A program made the translations under genes and the position numbers. A stretch of 63,979 nucleotides of DNA, counting the filler, from Diploschistes diacapsis (lineage: Eukaryota), in the NCBI GenBank assembly GCA_023645945.1. It is 20 parts of 20 records of this genome, joined end to end, with 100 filler letters (N's around TTAATTAATTAA, not from the genome) between each part and the next. Parts side by side here need not be neighbours in the genome. Positions count along the whole stretch, not along the records: positions 1 to 20,100 come from JALAIB010000357.1; 19 more parts are not named here. One strand, 5' to 3'. Below are positions 1 to 14,591 of the stretch, piece by piece (position 1 is the stretch's first letter; every line of letters starts with the position of its first letter). The notes beneath the pieces are model-generated. The model made no database searches. It had not been told where the DNA came from and saw only the letters and a program-made list of their open reading frames with translations.

Positions 1-740
1 GGATTGGGGGCTTGAATGGGAGATGTTTGGGTATTAGTTGAGGGTGGGAAGGGGTTGAGGCTAGGCTTGTGGGCAAGAAAGCGAAGAAGGGAAAGCAGGA
101 GGGAAAAGCAGCATGCCGAGTGAGGTAGAGAAGAGTAGGAAGGTGGTTTAAGTCAATCTTTGGTGATGTTGAGAGGAGGCGCTGAGCTCGAGTGCGTCAG
201 GCAGCGAAAGAAGCGACAGCAAGATCTGCTGTGAAGATTTTTGCCGACGTATTACGAAAAGGGTGCAAGGGCTGGAAACCTGCGAGTTATGCAGGGCAAT
301 CTGAGGGAAAGCTTGGAAGATCGAAGCAAAGACGCAGACTATCATGTTGTATGTAACATGCTCGCAATAGGAGCACGAAGATGCTTCCGAAGTATTTGAA
401 TAGGTCTGGCTCGCTGAGGGCTGATAATTTCTACTCCTTTCATCCCAGGTAAATCTGCACCGTACTCCCACTAAACATGATTTCTTGTAACAAATTGCCG
501 ACCCCATAGTTACGTGCAAATGCAAGGAGTGCGCAAGTCAAAGCCTCCAACGTAGGTTCTCGTGGCTGGACGAACAACACGATCATAAGGATCCAGAAAT
601 GCCCGCGTAGGAGGACTTCTTGTCACCCTCTTGTAGGCTTCTAGTCCTACTTTGGGTACCAGATGCAAAGACGACAACCTGATATGCTAGGGCGCATAGA
701 TATAAGCGCTAAGGCATCTGCGAACTCGAGATGTCGTATA

Positions 741-3700
741 TTATTTTCTGAATGACTGCATCCTCGATACCTTGGTCAGACCTGTGGGTAGAGCGCGGGC
801 AAACGTGTCTCGTTCTGCGGTTGTTTATCGTTAGCAACGGCCAATAACTGACATAAGATAACTGACCCTCTTCGGTATCGAACCCAACAACAATATCATC
901 ATGCTCGCCGGGGTACTCGGGCGTATCCAGACACACAAAATCCCATGCCATTTCTACATTATCCTGCTGCTTCGGCAGAGCAAACTTTGCATCCACGAAC
1001 CGGACGCAGTGCTTGCTAGATTTCTGCAAGGCTTCAAAAGAGTCGGTGCTTCGGAGTTGGAAGTTCATAATGCGACCTTGAGCGAACTCCTCAAGTACTG
1101 CTATGAGCTGGATGACTGCGCCGCCTCGGCCATCATGCTGCTTGACTATCTGGAGACGGGCTCGGCTAGCCTCCTGGCGCTTGTAGATAGGAATCATGTT
1201 ACGACGATGTGATATTGAAAAAGCGGTAGCAATGCTGCACAGTCTTAGTCGTTTTTATGGCTTTCATAGACCAGTACGACTCACCAATCGTATACAACAT
1301 CGAAACCAGTGGCCAGCTTTTCAAATTCATGAAGAGCTACAGCATGTTAGTTCAGATGCAGGATTTTATCCGAATCGACTAACCTTTCAATGACGAGAAC
1401 TTGTACGCTCTTGCGGTTGCCGCTGTAGTAACAGCCTGGAGAATCTGTCTCAGAGCGGTCGCTTCTTCTTTTGGGTACAAGTTGTCCGCAAACGAAACCA
1501 GCAGATTGTTCTGCTGAGGTCGAAAGAGCTTGATCATTGAAACATCCATGGAGTCGAGACTGATTTGGAGTTCCCCTGTCCCTGCAGCTGGATTAGCCAT
1601 TCTGTAACAGGATTGAAGATTTAGGACTGCGAAGTACCGAGGTTTGCCAGGTCGACAACGGTACCCAGATTGCAGGTCGAGCAAATCCTCAGGTGGTCAG
1701 AAAACGTTTTTTGCGCAGTACTGTCAAGCGGTCCACGATCTATAACCTTCACGCTCTTCCATACTGCTGAGGTAGCGATAGCGTATGGATCAGGTGGTTT
1801 CGAGGGAGAGGAGAAGAGTTCTTCGACCCACATTCTCTCTAGGGAAATGTCAAGGGATACTGTCTCGTCCCGGGAAGCTGTCACAGCGGCCATGAGTGTG
1901 TGCAGCTCTGCCCTCTGCGTCGTGTCCTTAAAGGTAAGAATCAGAGATGTTTTCTCATTGCTCTCACGAATCGCAAACATAAGGGCAGGCGCATCGGCTT
2001 CTCCTCGTAGATTGCTATACAGGGTAGGAGCCCCTTTCCCAAAAATCCTGCTTATACTGCTCAGTGTTTTCGTATTGGGAGGAGTGACCACCACCAGTCG
2101 TAAACCATCAAACAGCTTCCGCTGCGCTTGCCCCTCGATCCTTAACGACCTACGCTCGAACAGGCGAACCGGGCAATTTCGAACAGGTACGGATGGAAAA
2201 TTGCCAGAACTCTGTACAGGGCAAGAAAAGTGAAACATGTTGATAACATTATCAAATAGGAGTTCCTCGTTCTCTTGAGGTTGCCAGTCTGCTTCAACCC
2301 GTTTGATGTAATTGTTGATACCCCATAGAATTCTAAAGTCGTCGTCCCATAGGCGCAGCGCAACTTGAAAGTCTCTCGAAAGACGAATGCGAATGCTATG
2401 GGCTTTCACTTTCCATTCTACGTCTTTCCAGGTCGGGCCAATCTTAGGATCTGATTGGACGTGGAGGTTGATCTGTCCATCCTGGCTGACAATCGTGAGG
2501 TCGGCCTGCGACCGCGTTTTCTCTCTGATAATTGATATGATGCATGGTAGTTGCTGATCCTCTGCCTCTCCATCCTCAGAAACAATTTCCGCTTCACCAA
2601 ACACGCGTCCGTAGCTAAAGAATCTCTCTGAATCAGCAAAAAGGATAGGGAAAAATGGTCGTTTCGTGCGTTTAGTCAGAGTTCTAGGGTCCAGCCCAGC
2701 AGTCAAAGCAAGTATGCCAGGAGGCAGAGTCGGGTATTCGACCCAAATGCAAGGATCTGCTCCTTGAATATGCAAAGCCGGGGGTGGGAAAATATTGCTT
2801 CTTTTCATGAATAAGGCAAAACTCCTCATGTTGGATTGTATCGTGTTATAAATTGCAAGTAGGTTCGAATAGTCGAGGCCGTCAAAGCTGTCTAGTGTGT
2901 TGCGGATGGAAGCTGCACTGTGTGGATCAACGAGCTCGGGTAGCACGTCTTCCATTGCCCACCAAGCTTTAGCCAGGTCAATGTAGCATTGTTGGCCCTG
3001 TTGTTCGGCTTCGCTTGGATTTGGGTCAGACTTATCTTGACGCGACGCTTTGGTTTGCTTTTCCAGAGTAGTTTTCCCTCGTAAGAACCACCAGGCACTG
3101 ACTCGGATCCAGTGTTCTAAAGCCTTATTCTCGATATCAATTGATTTCTCGGCAGCTAGGCGAAAGACACCACGTAGATGTTGCATACGACTGTAGAAGT
3201 CTTCACTTTCCGCTTGTCCGGTTGCATTCTCATCGTAATCGCGGACGAGTAGATCTTGAGCGACGCCATTCAGGTGCATCGCAGCAGTAGCCGTGGTCGC
3301 AGAACGAGACCTTTGAGGTGAAGGCTCTGTACGCGGAGGCCTTGTACTGGCGTCTGTAGGAAGGCGTTTTTCATCAGAAACCAGTGTACGCTGTGTATCG
3401 GCTCGACCAATACCTTGTGATGGTACAGCAAGATTATGTGGGCTGCGAGGAACCGGTGGTGCTGTCTTCGGCATCGATGGGTTGTAAGCAACAAAGCTAC
3501 CGCTGGCATCAGAAGCTTGACTGGGCTTGGAATACGGTTGACGAGGAGCCAAAGCACCACCTGGACTAGTCGGATAAAGGACTCTTGCATGTTCTGGAGG
3601 TGCTGTAGGTTGCGCGACTGGAGGCGTCGGATCGAGAACAGGGACATCAATACCCCCCAGCTGATGACCTTCGACATCCTCTTTGCTTTGTGCTTGTACG

Positions 3701-4341
3701 AGTCCCTCCTCCATGTTCATAGACTGCCTTCGTTGCTCCCATCCTCCTACTGGCCTTCTTGTAGGCGCACGCTGGAGGAACGATTGCCCAGAGTTAGCTT
3801 CCCTGCACTCCCTTGTCGAGGCAGGGGGTGATCGCGGTTTGGGAGGCGGTAGATTTGTGGGAGATGCCAATGAAGTTGGGAGGCCTATATGATGATTGCT
3901 CTGTATCTCAGAAGAGGACCGTGGCGATCGCCGCAGTCCCTTCCATGAGCCCACCACATCCTTGGCTGGTACCTCAGATTCGTCCCCACCTTCACCAATG
4001 ACTTCAGGCTTTTGTGTTGCGAAAGTGACGTGCAGACCCTTCGGCTTTGGCCGTTTTCGAAAAGTGACGGTGCGTGCAGGCGCATAAGTACTGGGGTCTA
4101 ACCTATCCGCAGGCGGTATCGTCAGACCCAAACTGGAGGGCTTCGACTCCGTTGAAGCAGTCGAGGTCGTGCCGAGAAAATCAGAAACATTATTGTTATC
4201 GTGCTCAGTTGGTAGCTTTCCAACTCCCTTCGAGAATTTATTGGCCTTCTCTTTCAATTTATCCCGCCATTTTGAAGCAGATAGCGATGCTAAGGATCTT
4301 GAGCGCTCGCGTGACTGGTCTTCCTCGGTAGTATCGGCCAT
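741..4341 (-). CDS. Large conserved fungal hypothetical protein (Pro/Ser-rich N-terminus, C-terminal region with probable tandem PH-like beta domains); 5 exons
   Basis: The 906-aa ORF 1621-4341 joins in frame to the downstream ORFs through GT..AG introns at 1582-1637, 1337-1383, 1235-1284 and 815-866. The spliced product ends ...SRMQSFRK with TAA at 741-743. The PH-like fold is an inference. Confidence 0.8.
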
Positions 4342-6219
4342 GGCCGCGGCTTCATTGAGAGACGTCCTGGTGAGTGTCCCTACGCTGCTCTTCTTCAGGG
4401 CATTGTATATAGAATTGTAGATCCTGGAGTGCCTTTACTCAACTTCCTACGGGACGCTGATTAGCTCACCTGGGATGTAGATAGTTTTCACCGGGACTGC
4501 TGGGCACGGAGCCATTTCTCACCGATAATTCCAAACTTTACAATGTCAGCATATTGGGGGCCCAGAATAAGACCATCAATGCCCTGCAGCAGCTCGGAAA
4601 GTATAGCGATGGAGGGAGCATTCAAGACCCTTGCTTGCATGTGGGTCAGACAGACTTCTACTTCTGCGCCAAATTCGCAAGCGGGCATCGTTAAACTCTC
4701 CACATCCAAGCCGCTTCATGGAAATATTCATAGTTGGCAGCCACCTGGCGATGGCTAACTTACCATTACAAGAAGGTTCTATTTCTCTAAACAAGGCATT
4801 GCGTCCTTACAGAATATCCATTGGTCTCATCAGGCTGTTCTTTGTATTCGCTTTGTGCTCCCCTTATTAAGCGGAGAATGTTGGCTGCAGCTGTCTCGGG
4901 TATTTACTGGACCTGAAAGAAGTAAAGAGAAAGCAAGAGAAAGTCAGGAGCTCTACTATCAAAGATGCTTGGGGATTCAACTATTCAGGATCGGCACTGA
5001 TCACATTGCAGCTAGTATTTGATGAGCCAGTCTTCCTGCAAGATGGGCTTATTCTATGCTTGGGATACTAGGGAGTTCCTCGACATGGCGAGCACGTTGC
5101 AGCATGGAGCCGGGAGCGAAAGTCCCCCTGGGTCGACTTCACTTGTTAAATGATTCAAGTCATTCGAGAAGATTTCTCACACATTGGACGTTCCGCCGAC
5201 TCGATTTGAGGACCCCCAGTCGTTATAGCACATTAGATATAGTACCCCAGCCATTCCTCCGCTTAGTACATGATGTTACAGCGCTTTATGGGCCCCATTG
5301 GAAAGAGAATAGGGTATAGACAAGTAAGGAGATGAGGGAAACACTAGATAGGTATAAAAGTTATGGAAGCACTCCGTATCAGTGCCCGGCTGCAGTGATT
5401 AACTGAGAAGGCCTTTGGATCTGGTTGCTTTTATAGCCTTTGAGAATGCTGACACCAGGCCCACCAATATAGCACAAGCACCTAGGCAGCCCAGTTGGAT
5501 TAGCTCCGCTACTAGCCTACTACTACTTATTACTAGAATACCGCTACCGTCAAAGTATCAAAGCGTGTCGTGCATGGAGCTAATTGGAAGCTCTGATAAT
5601 TCCTCTGGTGCACGATACGCGATACATGTGAACAAGCTCGTAGCTAATGATGATTAGAGTGCCCTCTGCTTCGCTAGAGTGCTAGCAGAGTTCAAAGTTC
5701 CCCCCCCATTGTGTGATGACTTGCTACAATGTAGTAGATATAGGATAAATACCAACTACATGTTGTGGTAGTTGGTACCCTCCCGGGCCTGAGGCTCATA
5801 CGAACCCAAAAATAGCAGCAGCGTTAGATGGGGGCACAACTTGCGAGCTTGGGTTTATCAAAGTCCAGTGACTCGGATTATGAGCTGAGTAGTTTAGTCA
5901 GTAGTACAAAGGTATTCAAAGTTCCCAGCCTTTCGGTATAGTAAATAATCTAAATCTTCCTCTCTCTCGCCCATGGTGAACCGATAACTTTAAATCAGTG
6001 CTTGCGCGGATGCAGGGTTTAACCGTTCACTATCCAGGGAATGAAACTTCAGTGGGAGAAGCTACGTCTTCTTGCCTTGCGAAGCCGCCGTAATCACCTG
6101 CAGTACATGCAAGATGTTCTTTGTCCTCCGTCACTTCTTGCGCGAGCTGGAGGTATGCGGAGACTGAGACGATCTTTTCTGAGAGGTACAAATCTTGCCT
6201 TCTGCATTCCTTCCCAACA

Positions 6220-7795
6220 ATGCTAACATTCGCATCCCTAGCTCTGAATCGCAAGTCCGTTATAGCCCTTGCACTCTTCGTTCTTATTTATATTGCGATC
6301 CTGCATACCATCCACCGAATACCTTATCATTCTCTATGGTTATCGAAATCTTCTTCCTCTTGTTCAAAGAGCCGATCGAATCCCCATGATGTTGCGCCAC
6401 CAAAGCCTGTTGATACAGCTACCTTGAAGCAACTATGGGCGGACTTGGAGGGGCTCTTCGATGCCCATCCTCCTTCGCCCACTCATCTCGATACACCGAG
6501 GCATAAGAGTGACCACGAGTTTCCAACCGAAGAACAGCTGGCCTCTTTCTTTACCTTGACCGATAAACAAGCTGCTTCGACCCGTGCCAGTCATGGAGCA
6601 GTACTGCGTGAGTTAGCCTCGTACCCGCTGGGCAACTTCTCAGGACGGGGGGTGGTTATGCTAGCGGGGGGGCGCTTTTCCGAATACGCGGCAACGTCTC
6701 TTGGGGTGCTTCGCGAGGTTGGCAGCCAACTGCCAGTAGAGGTATGGATAAAGGACGATACCGAAGATACGCCAGGCTGGTGTGAAGAGTTGCAAAGTGA
6801 GGGCATGGCCTGCAGGCATCTGTCGGATTACATGGATCCAGCGGCTGTGACACACGTCTATGCGATGAAAATTCTCACGCTACTGTTCTCATCCTTCGAG
6901 GAAATTTTGTTTTTGGACGCCGATAGTGCGCCAATCCAAAATCCCGATGCACTTTTTGAATCCGGTGTTTACTTAGAGAATGGCGTCATTCTCTGGCCGG
7001 ATTACTGGCAACATACCGGGTCACCTTGGCTGCCATACGTTACTGGCTTGAGTGATTCTAAATCGAATATGCTCTATGGAGAGAGAAGCGTCGAGTCGGG
7101 ACAGATCATCTGGAACAAAAAGCGTCATTGGAAGGTAAGTGGTGAAGAAAATTTCACTTTCACGAGCATCTTTTTCTGACCTATCGTCCTAGAGCCTCTT
7201 GCTTGCCACATACTACAACTACTGGGGCCCGAACTTTTACTACACTCTTCTCAACAATGGTTGGTCCGGGTGGGGAGACAAGGAGACTTTCGCCATGGCA
7301 TTAAGAGCAAGTGATGAGCCGTGCCTCCGGATCTCACAGGGTATAATGACCGTTTTCCTATCCGGAACAGAGCTAGGAATTGGAATGATGCAAGCGAATC
7401 CGATAAACACAACCGTTCACAATCCTATGTTTCTCCACTCGAACATGGTGAAATGGAGCATGCGTGAGTTCTCCTGCATTGGCTGCGACGACCAGCTGGG
7501 CTATTCTTCACACTACCACCTCGAAGATGCTGGGTCTCTCATCAACATGCACTTGAAAGAGGGGATCCGCATTTTCAACATCGATTTCATGGAGGCGAGC
7601 GGTATCGATCCAGAGCCCCTCTTCTGGAAAAGCATAGAGCATACGGCATGTAGGAGCGCAGCTTGGGGCCATCCCCAAGCCTGCAAGCAAACCAGGAACT
7701 ACATAAAGAAGACGTTCGGATATGCTTTCCGCAAGTCCGACTTCACGTCGATTTTTGGCTCCAACAACGATTATTGTCTTGTGGATCCACAGTAG
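6220..7795 (+). CDS. Alpha-mannosyltransferase, GT71 (Mnn2/Mnn5-like), type II membrane protein
   Basis: ATG at 6220 followed by a TM anchor (VIALALFVLIYIAIL). Motifs GRGVVMLAGG, SSFEEILFLDAD (DxD), LWPDYW, ESGQIIWNKKRHW and GDKETF. Intron 7135-7192 (GTAAGT..CTGAC..TAG). Confidence 0.9.
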
Positions 7796-9070
7796 AGCGA
7801 AGCGCCGCCGTTTTGCTCAAAGAGGAGATGACTTGTGCATATACAAACATGTGCGGAAATGACCGGTTTGAATCTTGGATTTAGCGCCTAACTTCAATGT
7901 ACATAGATTAGGGGCATTAACGCGGCGTGTATGTCATCGAGAGGAATCATTCGAACAGTATGGAATGCCGAATTGCATGGGTGGATGCAATCAACAGATA
8001 CGTGTATTTGTGCAATAGCAAGTAGAGGAAGCACAAAAGGTTTCCTTTTAAGGAGTTCATGTTGCTTCTATGGGCTATACTAAAGTCCTGATGTTGAAGA
8101 TCGAGAGGATGATAGGAACGACCACTTTCGCTCTCGGGTTCCTAGCTACTAAAGAGAGGTACCGCTCCGTTATATGGGGGATGCTGTAGTTTAGCCAGAG
8201 CCCAGACAATAAGGGGTAGGAACACATCCAATAGTAGCAATAAGCTAGCATGACAACCTAGTAATGGCTAGTACCTACTACGTATTAGTGCTCTTCCAGC
8301 ACACAGCACGCTTCTCTTAGCCTGGGTTCTTGTACCTGTACGTTATTTGGATTGCTAACCTCAAAGGCCAATTAAGGCTCTTTTAATTTGTCCTGCCAGC
8401 TATCTTTTTGACGTTGGTTTCCAGAAGTTCCCAATCAAGACAGCTACCTATATTTGTCACTCATGCCTCTGCTTTTCATCACTAGCTGTGGCAGGCAGCG
8501 GGGACCTTCGCTCCGCACCATCAATTGTCCGTAGTGCTTTTCCCAAAACTTTCAAGATTAACTTATAGGCAAATAATGTCAATTTAAAGAAGTGCATAAA
8601 AACACTCACTACTAAGTTCATTGTGTGCCATCGTTCACAGATCTGCCCCGAGTCACTCCCTTAACTTTGAGGTAGTTCTTGTTCAGAACTCCAAAGCATT
8701 TCCATCTTCCCATCGTTCTTTGCCTGGCAGTTGCGGAGACCTGCGGCTGTGCATGCTCCGGATAACGACTGACTCCACTCCTGTACGCTGATCCTAGCAA
8801 GCATCATCAAGCCCTCCTGACAGACGTCAATTCTACCATTGAACTATTCACCTCTACAGTTCCCGCCTCTGCAGACTCCTTTGATTTCTCAGTTCGAGCC
8901 GCTGATATTTTTCGGATCGCCAAACGACGGAACGCCTAGAAGCGTCTGCAAATGGGGGCCGAACATCAGTTTGTGCGACGGTAGAGAGGTGGACGCCCCT
9001 TCGCACTCAAAAGAAGCGGACAATCGTACAGAGGATAAATCATGAGCGGTTGAGAAGAGAAGGCATCAAG

Positions 9071-12000
9071 ATGAGACTAGGTTCAGACCATTTTGTTAGA
9101 AGGCGAATTGTTCTGCAACGGCAGAGGGCGAACCCGAAATGTCGACAGCTGAAATGTCTGCAATACACCAAAACTTCTTCACAATGGTTCTCAACACTCT
9201 TTGGTTTGGTCTTGGTACTGGCCTTCTCGAGCCCTGTAGAGGCCGTTTTCCTTCCTACCTGGACGAATTGCCTAGCGCCAAACATCCAAAACTCGGCCCC
9301 TCCACAGCAGCAGCTTCAATGGGTACCCCAAGGCGTATGGGCAGTGTTCAACTCGTCAGGGCCTACATACAACTTGAACTTCACCGTTTATGGGAACGTG
9401 ACGGGTCAGACCCTACAGACTCCGCTACCTCCGCCTGCCAGCCCGGATTGGTCGAATCCATCCTTTACCTATGGCAAGATTCCAGACAAGAACAATCAGA
9501 CGGGGAAAGAGTCTACCCTCTTCACTACTTTCAACGTAGTCAGTTATACTCCGTACTCTTCTCCAGGGTCTCGATTCTGTGAGAGCGTTATCAGCGACCA
9601 GACCCCCACATGTCCGGTGGCTCCATTCTTTCCAGCACCAAAGTAAGTTCGGAAACCAACCATCCTTACCTTGAACAAACTGTCGATTGTTGTTAACATT
9701 GAGACTAGTTCCAGCTTCAATGTAACCTCGTTTCCGGCAGTCACGGTGCAACATGACCTTGGCTCCAGTTATGGCCTCTCTACCATTCATCCCTATCTAC
9801 ACTTTGTCGATGATAGCACACCTGCGCTTTCGATAGGTTGTATCACTGCGGACATAACGCCTTATCTAGGACAGAATATATCCAACTTACTCACCTTCAT
9901 TCCACTGGCCCTGTTGATTCTGGTTGGCATTGCTACAGCTTCCGCGGCCATCTTCAGTCCATGGGGAACCTGGGACATTTTCCGGTGGACAAGCAACTAC
10001 GGGAGAGACGCTGACCAGTTACGTCTCATCACGCCCGGCTTCGGAGATTGTCTCCAGTACATTCAATTCATCGTGCTTTCCGGCTCGCTCAGCTTGAATT
10101 ACCCCGGATATTACCAGCCTGCTGTTAGCTCCGCCAGCTGGTCTTCTTTGATGTTTAATCAGAGCTTCGTCAACCAAAACAGATCCGCCGACGGCCATGG
10201 GCCGGTTGGGCTCATCGATGGAATTTACATTACTAACGGCACATACGGCCTAGAGACAATGAGCCAGCTTGTGGGTTATGCGAACGACAGGAACATATGG
10301 GCCGGAATCGTAATCTGGCTACTCGTCATTATCGCAGCAGTCGTTGTCCTGATTCAAATTGGCTACGCGGCTAGGTGGATCTACCGCCAGGTCTCGGATA
10401 CCCAAGAGGAGGACTTGCGTGCCAAGAATTTCCCCCTATCTGCGGGAAACGCGATTCGAATTGTCTTCAATTATTTCATGCTTCCGCTGGTATCCCTCTC
10501 GATGTATCAGCTCGTCATTGCTAATACTGCCATCACCGAAGGATCATCCGTTCTACCCGTTGTCTTTGCGGTGATCACGCTGGTACTATTGCTTCTGTTC
10601 CTTGCATGGCTCTTCCGTCTAATCACTCGCGCCAATCCCCGATCATATCTATTTGATGATCTTCCTACAGTCTTGTTGTACGGTCCGTTGTACAATACGT
10701 ATTCCGACAACGCTGCCGCGTTTGCCTTGATACCAGTCACCCTTACATTCATACGCGGCATTGCTATTGGGGCTGTGCAGGGGTCAGGTGTAGTGCAGCT
10801 GGTTCTACTTGCCATCTGTGAAGTTATCTTGATACTAACACTGAACGCGTTTCGACCATTTTCTTCACCAACGTCGATGAACGCTTATCATACGATCTTC
10901 TCTGCCGTGCGACTTACTACAGTCCTACTTATGGTAGCTTTTGTCCCTTCCCTTAACGTTGATCAAAGTCCGCGCGGATGGATTGGCTATGTTGTCCTTC
11001 TCCTCCATGGGATCACTCTACTTATCGGCTTCTTCCTGCATTCTTTGCAAACCCTGGTCGAGGTCATTGCTCGACTTCTCGGTGCTGGTGATGATCAAGG
11101 AGCTGCTACTCGAGGAGGACTTGTCAAGGTATGCCACATACCAAGCAATTAGCAGCAAGAAATAAAACCGCAACTAACTTGTTGACTCAGGTATTTGGCG
11201 TGCGCCAACTTTCCCGAAGGACTCCTAGAGGCGGGACAAAATCTAGAAACAGTATGGCATCGGATGCGGCGATGCTCAACAACATGGATGTCGAGCAAAA
11301 CAGGACGAGTGGGGTCAGATCTCGTAGTCTTTCAGCCAGTTCTCATCTACTCCTCCAACGGAGTGCAATGAGTGATCGCCAGAGCATAGCCCTCGAGTCT
11401 GCGACAGGAGGCGGTCACAGCCATACCGGTAGTGGTCCTCCATATACCCCGACTACCCCAGGCGGGGGGAACGCATATAACCAAGAGTCAGGACGCGGCG
11501 GTGAATCTAGAACGAGTGGGATAGTCAACATTAATCGCGCTGCCGAGCCCGCAGATCCCTGGTTCCGTAAACCGCGACCCAGAAATGCTACACTGGAAAT
11601 GCAATCCCCCGGGAGCCGAAGTCATGGTTCATGGGCGAGTGGGGACTGGGCAAAGCTAACCAGCCCCGAGGGCGACTCGCCAGAGCCCATTGAAGGGTCG
11701 CCCGGTCGTGTCACGCCGCTACCTGCCCACTTGGGCAATTTTCGTGAGAGGTCAGATTCTAACCCTGATGAAACTGGGCGCCCAAAACCAGACTACGCGA
11801 CCAGGGAAGTTGATTATTATTACGGCATCCGCGGTCCAGCGCTGTCGCACGCACCAACTCGGCGCTTGAAAACTGGCCCAGCTGATCCTACTGGACCGGT
11901 GATTTCGGCTACAGGATGGTTCATGAATCTCTTCGGAGGCAAGACGAAGGAAAAGGGTAAAGGTTTTGAGGTTGTTCGAAGCTCCAGGGTTCCGCAGCTG

Positions 12001-12858
12001 CAGGCGGCAGAGGAAGAAGACATTGCCCTCCAAGAACAGGAACCATATCGGGATGATCCTGAAGCTGCCGGAATCCCAAGGACAACCGGAAAGCCAAGGG
12101 ATCTGGAGCTCGACGATGAAGGTGACGCTGTTGGGGGAGGGACAAGACGGTTACCTTCCAGACACTCAAGTCCCTCGACTAGCGATGCTTCCGACAAAGA
12201 CGATCTTGATGCTAGGAGAAATCGGGTATCCCAAAGCCCTCCGGTTTTAGACGTCGACACTGGAGATTCCTTCCAGGTGCCCAGTAGATACGGATCACAG
12301 ACCATCAAACCATCTGAAAACACTTCAAAAGGCGAGGAGCCCTCGGCGATTGTGCCGGCTGTTCCTCGAAAGAGCTCGAGGAGAAATCCCTCCTTTGGGA
12401 ACACAGCTGACCTCGATATACTGGAAACCCGGTTGTCAACTATTCCCTCTTCCCCTTTAGAACAAGCAAAAAGAGATTCTTCTACCAGCGGTTGGCCTCT
12501 CCCATCTTCTTCCAATGGAGCGTCACAGCGTCTGCCTTTCGGCGGTCTAGATCCCAATACGAATCGCAACCATTCCAGAAACCCATCTGGCGGATCTGCG
12601 ATGTCTGCAATGTCGGCATCCGAAGTATCGCAACTATCGACCGTGAGCCAAGAAAACGCCAATAAAGCTCACCAACGCCCTCCACCTGCTTACAGAGAGG
12701 AAAGGCCTTCGAGCCTAGGCTACGTCCAACAGCATAGAGCAAGCGATGGCATTCATGTTGTCGACCCCGCGGAGACTGTTTTCTCAGGCTCAACCGCCGA
12801 ATTGGTAGACGATGGCTCCGGCCGAACATCTTCGCCAGAAAGGCCGCCGCAAGCATGA
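9071..12858 (+). CDS. TRP-like / flavin-carrier (Flc/Pkd2-family) integral membrane protein with lumenal N-terminal domain and long disordered C-tail
   Basis: Signal/TM segment, then the motif TPGFGDCLQYIQFIVLSGSLSLNYPGYYQP, multiple TM helices and LYGPLYNTY. Introns 9643-9708 and 11129-11190 join three ORFs in frame. The start codon is uncertain. Confidence 0.85.
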
Positions 12859-14591
12859 GGGTTGCCCGTTTCTCGCCTACAATCTCTTTCCTTTCCTTTC
12901 AGAGCAACTCATTGTCTGCGATTTGGCGGCATAACGAAACCTTATGACGGGCATCTAAAACACATGCAGCGGGCGTCGATCGGGAAGTGGCCATGGGTAG
13001 GACAGTACGCAAAAAGGACAATTAACAACACTAATATGCATTATGGGGAGTTTGAATATATCATCTATGCTTGGTGCATCTTGGGGCTTTTTACAAGCAT
13101 ATGCGGGTGCTGCCTGTTTTTCTTGTATGATACGAAGACGCAGATATCGTTACTTGTGCAGTCTTCAAGCGAGAGTACAGTAGCTGGAACCACAGAGGAA
13201 ACTACATGCCATAGCCCTATAGCTGGCAAAATAATAATCATAACCATTTTTTCATCTTTCTTCGCATGTGTGCTTTGCCCAAGCCCCCCGTCGCTAGGAC
13301 TCCCTACAGGTCCCAGCTGATGACAATTCCATCACGTTGCAAGTCGTGAAGCCGGAACTCGTGGATGGCCTTCCCTATCAACTGCGAAGGAGGAGGGAGG
13401 GCAGTCAGCTTGCCTTGGCCACTGCCTTAACTGCTTAGTCAAGTACCCGTACACGAAGGTAGGTACGCGCGTACAGCTACAATCGCAAAACACCCATGAA
13501 CAAGGCCAATAATCACAAAACACCCACGAACACGGCCGTGGCTAACCAGCTCGTCACGCTCGCGCTCGGTATCTCTGTAGGTCTGTTTACGCTCCTTGGC
13601 TTTGCGAGTGTGCAGTGGATTAGTAGTTACGGAGTAGCCGTGTTCTCTCGGCCCGACCGTCACTGCTATCGCTGCCGAGACCGTATACCGCCAACTGCGA
13701 CGCTAGCGGGCCCGACTGAGTCAGCTGGGCTCCGGGACCGAGACGATGATGCGGGTGAAGGGGGGAGTTCTTGGGCTGCATCCCTTATCCTAGTCTTTCC
13801 ACGTTGTAAATATGTTTTGTTCAAAGATACCTGGACTGTCTGTTTGGGCCGAAGTTTCTGTTGTGTTGCTTGTCTAGTTATTCTTGTTTAGTCCTATGTG
13901 GCGCACTTTAGAGCTTTCTTTGTGCGGTGATGTCGTGTATCAAAACAATATCGCTTCTGTGTTGTGTTTTGCGGATATGGACAGCTCGGTGCTCCCTGTT
14001 GAATACCAATCCCCTTCGGGAAAACCCCCTGTGCAAAGCAGCTCTTGTTTTCATTCGTAATGAGTTTCATTTCGTGCTGAGATATGCCCAGTTTGTACGG
14101 AACGCGGAGGACTACGTTCCCGGTCAGACACAACACAGACTTGTCAACGCAACCGCGCTAGATCCTGCATCATCATCCCATCGCTTTTGCTTCCCACTAC
14201 CCTACCTCCTGCTTCATAGTTCCAATCCCGGGAAACCCCATTTGCAAACATAGTGCCCTGAGGCCCCTTTGATCCTTCTTATAGCGAACGAATCTTGGAG
14301 TGCGACTCTATCGATTGACAAAGCCTCCGTTCATTCGTTAGAGAACCATGGTGCGTAACTGCTCCTTTGTTTTAGTGAATATGCTCGCTGGAGCCTTGCT
14401 GTCCGCTCGAGTCAAGAAGAAGCTTGACATGCGAGGCTACGGCTTTTTATTCGACCTGAGGTGCCGAGTAGTAATTCCTCTTTGGATATAAGTAGTAGGT
14501 TACGGTGCATTCTCTTATATTCGCTACCTCTGGCAAGCTCTACCTCTCTTCACAAGCTGTCTTAGCGCTCTTCAAGGCTTCGATTTTCGTC

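Noticed and set aside
11820..12662. 280-aa antisense ORF (and similar shadows at 1670-2233, 16678-17437, 41709-42143, 48395-49074)
   Set aside because: These lie opposite well-supported genes and show no recognisable domains; typical antisense shadows.
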